From NCBI GenBank assembly GCA_001797675.1, contig MGQB01000001.1, positions 321,531 through 385,530 of the forward strand: a DNA stretch of 64,000 bases. Direction: 5' to 3'. Source of the DNA: Deltaproteobacteria bacterium RBG_13_43_22. GTDB lineage: Bacteria; Desulfobacterota; RBG-13-43-22. Both the position numbers and the translations under genes were made by a program. Positions 58,083-64,000 of the stretch are shown piece by piece. The notes beneath the pieces were generated by a model. The model was not told the DNA's origin, made no database searches, and was given only the letters and a program-made list of their open reading frames with translations. How positions within the stretch are numbered: position 1 is the first letter of the stretch; every line of letters begins with the position of its first letter.

Positions 58083-58231
58083 CTGAGGGAGTATTTCCTT
58101 AGAGAATCAGTTCATAGGGTTAACTTTTTAATAATATTATCGGAATGATTATTTTCTGTCAAATTAATTGAAAATGGTTGATCGGTTAGTCGTTGAGACA
58201 AAACCTCTTTCAAAATCCAACCAGCGCCAAC

Positions 58232-58262
58232 AAAAAAAAGGCAAGTCCGAAGGACTTGCCTT
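58232..58262 (-). terminator. Rho-independent terminator downstream of atpC
   Basis: On the minus strand: GGCAAGTCC-TTCG-GGACTTGCC followed by T8. Confidence 0.7.
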
Positions 58263-58291
58263 TTCAGGAGTAATTGATGTGCGGTTAAAAG

Positions 58292-58708
58292 TTACCGGCC
58301 CTTTTCGGCAATGCGCAGGCGCAGCAGGGACCGCTTTAAGGCCGATTCCGCCCGCAGGAAATCAATGGCCTCGGTCCTGGCTATGGCCAGACGTTTTTCC
58401 GCCCGTTCCCTGGCCCGTGTGGCCCGGTCGATGTCAATCTCCCTCGCCCGTTCAGCCGCCTCGGCCAGAATGGTGACTTTATTATCGGAAACCTCGGCAA
58501 ACCCGCCGGTAACCGCCAAATATTCCAGTTGATTGTCTTTGCGATAACGCAGCTCTCCGGGCTGAAGGGTGGTCAGGAAGGGGATATGATTGGGCAGGAT
58601 GCCGAATTCCCCCAAGGCACCCGTGGCCATGACAATATCCACCTTCTCTTGGACCACCAGCCGGTCCGGGGTAACCACTTCTAATTCTAACTCCAGTTTT
58701 TCGGCCAT
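58292..58708 (-). CDS. atpC: F0F1 ATP synthase epsilon subunit
   Basis: 138 aa protein. [12 protein letters not shown]...[14 protein letters not shown] is canonical. Confidence 0.9.
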   Translation of the reverse strand: MAEKLELELEVVTPDRLVVQEKVDIVMATGALGEFGILPNHIPFLTTLQPGELRYRKDNQLEYLAVTGGFAEVSDNKVTILAEAAERAREIDIDRATRARERAEKRLAIARTEAIDFLRAESALKRSLLRLRIAEKGR

Positions 58709-58735
58709 TTTCTTTTTTCCGTCTCTTATAGTTTG

Positions 58736-60199
<1,464 letters not shown>

Positions 60200-60317
60200 T
60201 TATACAATAAATTTAGGGTTCAAAGATTCCGGGATTCAAGGGTTCAAGTTTTTATTCAATTGGTTTTTGATTTATCACTTGAATCCTTGAACCCTTGGCT
60301 CCTTGAATCCTTTTTAA

Positions 60318-61187
60318 TTATTTCTTTAAAGCCTCAGCCCCGCCGACGATATCCATCAGTTCCTTGGTAATCGCGCTCTGGCGGGCCTTGTTATAAATTA
60401 AGGACAAGCTTGTAATCAGTTCCTTGCAATTACGAGTGGCATTGTCCATAGCCGTCATCCGGGCGGCCTGTTCGCTGGCCGCGTTTTCCAGCATGCCCCG
60501 GTAGATTTGAACATTGATATAACGGGGCAACAAGTCGTTGAAAATACCTTCCACCGACGGTTCATAGAGATATTCCAGTCCTTGTTCTTCTTCCCCTTTT
60601 TGGGTCAAAGGGGCGATGGGCAGGAGGCGAAGCACTTTGGGCCTCTGAACCCCCATATTGATAAATTCTCCGTAGAGGATATGGACCTCATCCGATCCGC
60701 CGGCCAGGAAGTTTTCAATCACATCCCGGCCGATACCGGCGGCTGTAACCATATCAAAGGAATTGAAAATATCTGTGTACCGGGAGCGAACGTCATATTT
60801 CCTGCGCTTATAATATTCGGCCCCTTTTTTACCCACCGGAACCAAAGTTGTTTCCACCTGTTCCTGTTTCCGGGCTTTAATAAACTTTTCCCCGGTATTG
60901 ATCAGGTTGACATTGAAACTTCCGCACAGACCCCGGTCCGCGGTAAGCGAAATCAATTCCACTTTTTTCACCGGCCTCTGGGCCATCAATGGGAAGGCCT
61001 CGGGATCGATCCGGGAGGAAAGATTATTGATGACTTCCAGAAATTTTCCGGCATAGGGGCGAAAATTTTCCATCCGGATCTGGGCGCCCCGCAGTTTGGC
61101 CGCCGCCACCATGTTCATGGCCTTGGTAATCTGCTGAGTCTTTTTGACTCCCCCGATTTTTCTTCTGATATCCTGAAGTGTCGCCAT
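60318..61187 (-). CDS. atpG: F0F1 ATP synthase gamma subunit
   Basis: 289 aa protein. N-terminus (MATLQDIRRKIGGVKKTQQITKAM) and C-terminus (AITKELMDIVGGAEAL) are canonical. Confidence 0.9.
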   Translation of the reverse strand: MATLQDIRRKIGGVKKTQQITKAMNMVAAAKLRGAQIRMENFRPYAGKFLEVINNLSSRIDPEAFPLMAQRPVKKVELISLTADRGLCGSFNVNLINTGEKFIKARKQEQVETTLVPVGKKGAEYYKRRKYDVRSRYTDIFNSFDMVTAAGIGRDVIENFLAGGSDEVHILYGEFINMGVQRPKVLRLLPIAPLTQKGEEEQGLEYLYEPSVEGIFNDLLPRYINVQIYRGMLENAASEQAARMTAMDNATRNCKELITSLSLIYNKARQSAITKELMDIVGGAEALKK

Positions 61188-61261
61188 GTTTAAGACTCTC
61201 TATTATTTTCAGCCTTCAGCCTTCAGCCTTCAGCCTGATTTTTTTTGCTATGCGCTATAAG

Positions 61262-62779
61262 CTATTTACTTTGTGCCTGGAATTGAGTCTTGAATTCCCC
61301 AATGGCCTTTTTCAATTTTTCTTCCAATTCCGGGCTGATTTCCTTCTTTTCTTTGATCTCGGAAAGAAGGGCCTGATGTTTGGATTCCAGAAAGGCGATC
61401 ATTTGGGGTTCAAAATCCTTCAGCACATCAACCGGGAGATCATCCAGAAAGCCCCTGGCCCCGGCAAAGAGGCTGGTAATCATCTTTTCCATGGGCATGG
61501 GTTGATACTGGGGCTGTTTCAGGATTTCCACCAGGCGGACCCCGCGGTTCAACTGGGCCTGGGTAGACTTATCGAGCTCACTCCCGAACTGGGCAAAGGC
61601 CGCCAGTTCCCGGTACTGGGCCATGTCCAACCGCAGGCTTCCGGCCACCTGTTTCATGGCTTTGACCTGGGCATTGCCGCCGACCCGGGAGACGGAAAGA
61701 CCGACGTTGATGGCCGGACGGACCCCGGAGAAGAACAGACTCGGTTCCAGATAAACCTGGCCGTCGGTAATGGAAATAACGTTGGTCGGAATATAGGCCG
61801 AAACGTCGCCCGCCTGGGTTTCAATGATGGGCAAAGCGGTTAAACTGCCGCCGCCCAGGTCTTCTCGAACCTTGGCCGCCCGTTCGAGCAGACGGGAATG
61901 GTTGTAAAAAATATCCCCGGGAAAGGCCTCCCGTCCGGGAGGACGACGAAGGAGCAGAGAAAGCTGCCGATAGGCCACGGCCTGTTTAGACAGATCATCA
62001 TAGATGACCAGGGCATGGCGGCCCGAATCCCGGAAATATTCTCCCATGGTGCAGCCGGCAAAGGCGGCGACATACTGCATGGGGGCCGGGTCGCTGGCAC
62101 AGGCGGCCACCACCACGGTTTTCTCTAAGACCCCGTTGCGCCGGAAGGCCTCAACCACCTGGGCCACGGTGGATTTCTTCTGGCCGATGGCCACATAGAT
62201 ACAAAAAATATCCGAATCTTTCTGGTTGATGATGGCGTCTACGCACAGGGCGGTTTTACCGATCTGGCGGTCGCCGATGATCAGTTCCCGCTGGCCCCGG
62301 CCGATGGGGGTCATGGCGTCAATGGCCTTATACCCGGTATACATGGGCTCCTTGACCGGCTGGCGATCGATAACCCCGGGGGCCTTCAGCTCGATCTTCC
62401 TGAATTCCTTGGCATTGAGCGGGCCCAGACCGTCGATGGGTTGTCCTACGGCGTCAATAACCCGGCCCAGGATAGCCTCGCCCACCGGGACTTCAGCAAT
62501 TCGGCCGGTCCGTTTGACCACATCCCCTTCCTTAATATGGAAGTCTTCCCCCAGGATGGCGCAACCGACATTGTCTTCCTCCAGGTTCAGGGCAATGCCG
62601 TAAATACCCCCGGGAAACTCCAGGAGCTCCATGGCCATGGTCTTTTCCACCCCATAAACCCGGGCAATACCATCCCCGACGGAAAGCACGGTTCCCGTCT
62701 CGCTGAGTTCCACTTTTTTATCAAAATCTTGAATCTGCTGTCTTATGACCTGACTGATTTCTTCGGCTCTGATTTCCAT
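61262..62779 (-). CDS. atpA: F0F1 ATP synthase alpha subunit
   Basis: Walker A (GDRQIGKT). 505 aa. Confidence 0.95.
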   Translation of the reverse strand: MEIRAEEISQVIRQQIQDFDKKVELSETGTVLSVGDGIARVYGVEKTMAMELLEFPGGIYGIALNLEEDNVGCAILGEDFHIKEGDVVKRTGRIAEVPVGEAILGRVIDAVGQPIDGLGPLNAKEFRKIELKAPGVIDRQPVKEPMYTGYKAIDAMTPIGRGQRELIIGDRQIGKTALCVDAIINQKDSDIFCIYVAIGQKKSTVAQVVEAFRRNGVLEKTVVVAACASDPAPMQYVAAFAGCTMGEYFRDSGRHALVIYDDLSKQAVAYRQLSLLLRRPPGREAFPGDIFYNHSRLLERAAKVREDLGGGSLTALPIIETQAGDVSAYIPTNVISITDGQVYLEPSLFFSGVRPAINVGLSVSRVGGNAQVKAMKQVAGSLRLDMAQYRELAAFAQFGSELDKSTQAQLNRGVRLVEILKQPQYQPMPMEKMITSLFAGARGFLDDLPVDVLKDFEPQMIAFLESKHQALLSEIKEKKEISPELEEKLKKAIGEFKTQFQAQSK

Positions 62780-62781
62780 AC

Positions 62782-63333
62782 TTAGACACCCTCACCCCTT
62801 CTTAAGGATTCCTTTAAACTCTTAAGTTGAGTTCGTAAACTTCCATCCAAGGTCAAATCCCCCACCTGGGCGACAATCCCGCCGATAATGGAAGGGTCTT
62901 GATTGACCGTAACCACCACTTCTTTTTGAACGACCTCTTTCAAGGCCGCCTGAATTCTTTGAATAATATCATCGCTAAGCCGGACCGCTGCGGTGACCAT
63001 GGCCCTCTTGATATTGGAAAGATCATCGGTCAATTGGGCATAGTAGATACTGATATCTTCCAGATAACGGATGCGACCCTTGGTCAAGAGAAGTTGAATA
63101 AAATTGTTAACGGTTGGGGAGAACCCGGCCTTTCCCAATATCGCTTTCAATAGTTTATCCCGACTGGCAAAATCATAGATCGGACTTTGGAGGATATAAC
63201 GGGCCTGGGTTTCTCTCTTCAATAACTCACTGAAGGCGTTCAACTCTTCCCCATACTGCAGATAGTTTCCATCTTCTTTTCCCAGGGAGAGGAGCGCCCT
63301 TGCATATCTTCGGGAAATAGTAAAATTTCTCAA
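62782..63333 (-). CDS. atpH: F0F1 ATP synthase delta subunit (OSCP)
   Basis: 183 aa protein in conserved operon position, with OSCP-like helices. Confidence 0.85.
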   Translation of the reverse strand: MRNFTISRRYARALLSLGKEDGNYLQYGEELNAFSELLKRETQARYILQSPIYDFASRDKLLKAILGKAGFSPTVNNFIQLLLTKGRIRYLEDISIYYAQLTDDLSNIKRAMVTAAVRLSDDIIQRIQAALKEVVQKEVVVTVNQDPSIIGGIVAQVGDLTLDGSLRTQLKSLKESLRRGEGV

Positions 63334-63993
63334 TTAATGGGTCACCACCTTTGCTAAATATTCACCGATTAAAAGTTTCTGGTCGTTCTCGGTGATGTTC
63401 TTTTTCAATAGTTCTTCGGCCATCCGGACGGCCGTTTCAGACATTTCCTGCCTCAGGGATTGGCCGGCCTTCTGTATTTCCTGCTGGATGGTATTTTGGG
63501 CCTGATCGACGATTCGTGAAGCCATTTTTTGGGCGTTGTCTATGATCTTCTGCTTTTCTTTTTCCGCCTCGGCCTTATATTCGGCCAGGATGGCCTCTCG
63601 TTCCTCTTTGATATTGGAAATCCGTTTTTCCAGGGCCTGAAATTCCCGGTTGGCCTCTTCTTTTTTGGCCTCTAAATCCTGCAATTCTTTTTGGATGGAA
63701 TCCCGTCGGTTGGCCAAAAATTGTTTCAAGGGTTTCCTAAGCAGGAAAAAAAGGACCCCGAAAAAGATGATAAAATTAATTGACCGGTATAAAAGGTCCA
63801 ACAACCGGGCGGTTGTTTCCCCGCCGTGGGCTGCAGCAGCCCCGTGTTCGGTGGCCCCGCCTTCACCGCCTGAAGAGGCATAGGCCAATCCCCCATAAAG
63901 AATCAGAAAGACAATTAAAGGGAGATTGGTTACGATGTATTTTAACAAGGTATGACAAAAGGTTTTTAAAGAAGAAAAATGAGGAGAAAACAT
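63334..63993 (-). CDS. atpF: F0F1 ATP synthase b (or b') subunit with N-terminal extension; start uncertain and may lie outside the window
   Basis: Single TM (INFIIFFGVLFFLL) followed by a long charged coiled-coil typical of subunit b. The window ends 7 nt upstream of the called start. Confidence 0.65.
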   Translation of the reverse strand: MFSPHFSSLKTFCHTLLKYIVTNLPLIVFLILYGGLAYASSGGEGGATEHGAAAAHGGETTARLLDLLYRSINFIIFFGVLFFLLRKPLKQFLANRRDSIQKELQDLEAKKEEANREFQALEKRISNIKEEREAILAEYKAEAEKEKQKIIDNAQKMASRIVDQAQNTIQQEIQKAGQSLRQEMSETAVRMAEELLKKNITENDQKLLIGEYLAKVVTH

Positions 63994-64000
63994 TTAAATG

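Overview
The window is a 64 kb chromosomal segment that looks deltaproteobacterial (GC about 55%), with mostly minus-strand housekeeping operons: uvrA' (partial), pdxA, ilvBN, recR, ybaB, ltaE, a cysK-cysS fusion, glmS with a short glmU-like gene, moaC, dksA, rpoZ, comM, mrcA, hom, apgM, trxAB, bamD, two tRNA-Ser, and atpFHAGDC. Several accessory or unusual regions are interleaved.

- **Selenoprotein cluster.** A MarR-controlled cluster holds two family-III CoA-transferases, a cytoplasmic molybdopterin oxidoreductase and two ACD-like CoA ligases. The oxidoreductase's true N-terminus contains an in-frame TGA followed by a SECIS-like hairpin, placing selenocysteine in the Fe-S cluster motif.
- **Polysaccharide export cluster.** A Wzm/Wzt O-polysaccharide locus carries a WbdD-like methyltransferase and a tandem GT4 glycosyltransferase.
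- **Single-gene cassette insertions.** A YeiH-like transporter and a MacB-like permease are each flanked by 120-200 bp direct duplications of the target junction.
- **tRNA-Ser islet.** An AT-rich islet next to the tRNA-Ser pair carries an HNH nuclease and a YefM/YoeB toxin-antitoxin pair, abutting a DevBCA/MacAB-type ABC efflux operon.
- **Dispersed repeats.** A novel ~115 bp dual-hairpin element occurs four times (one extended form, one copy inside a duplicated gene fragment), plus several short intergenic motif families.

No rRNA genes or CRISPR arrays were seen.
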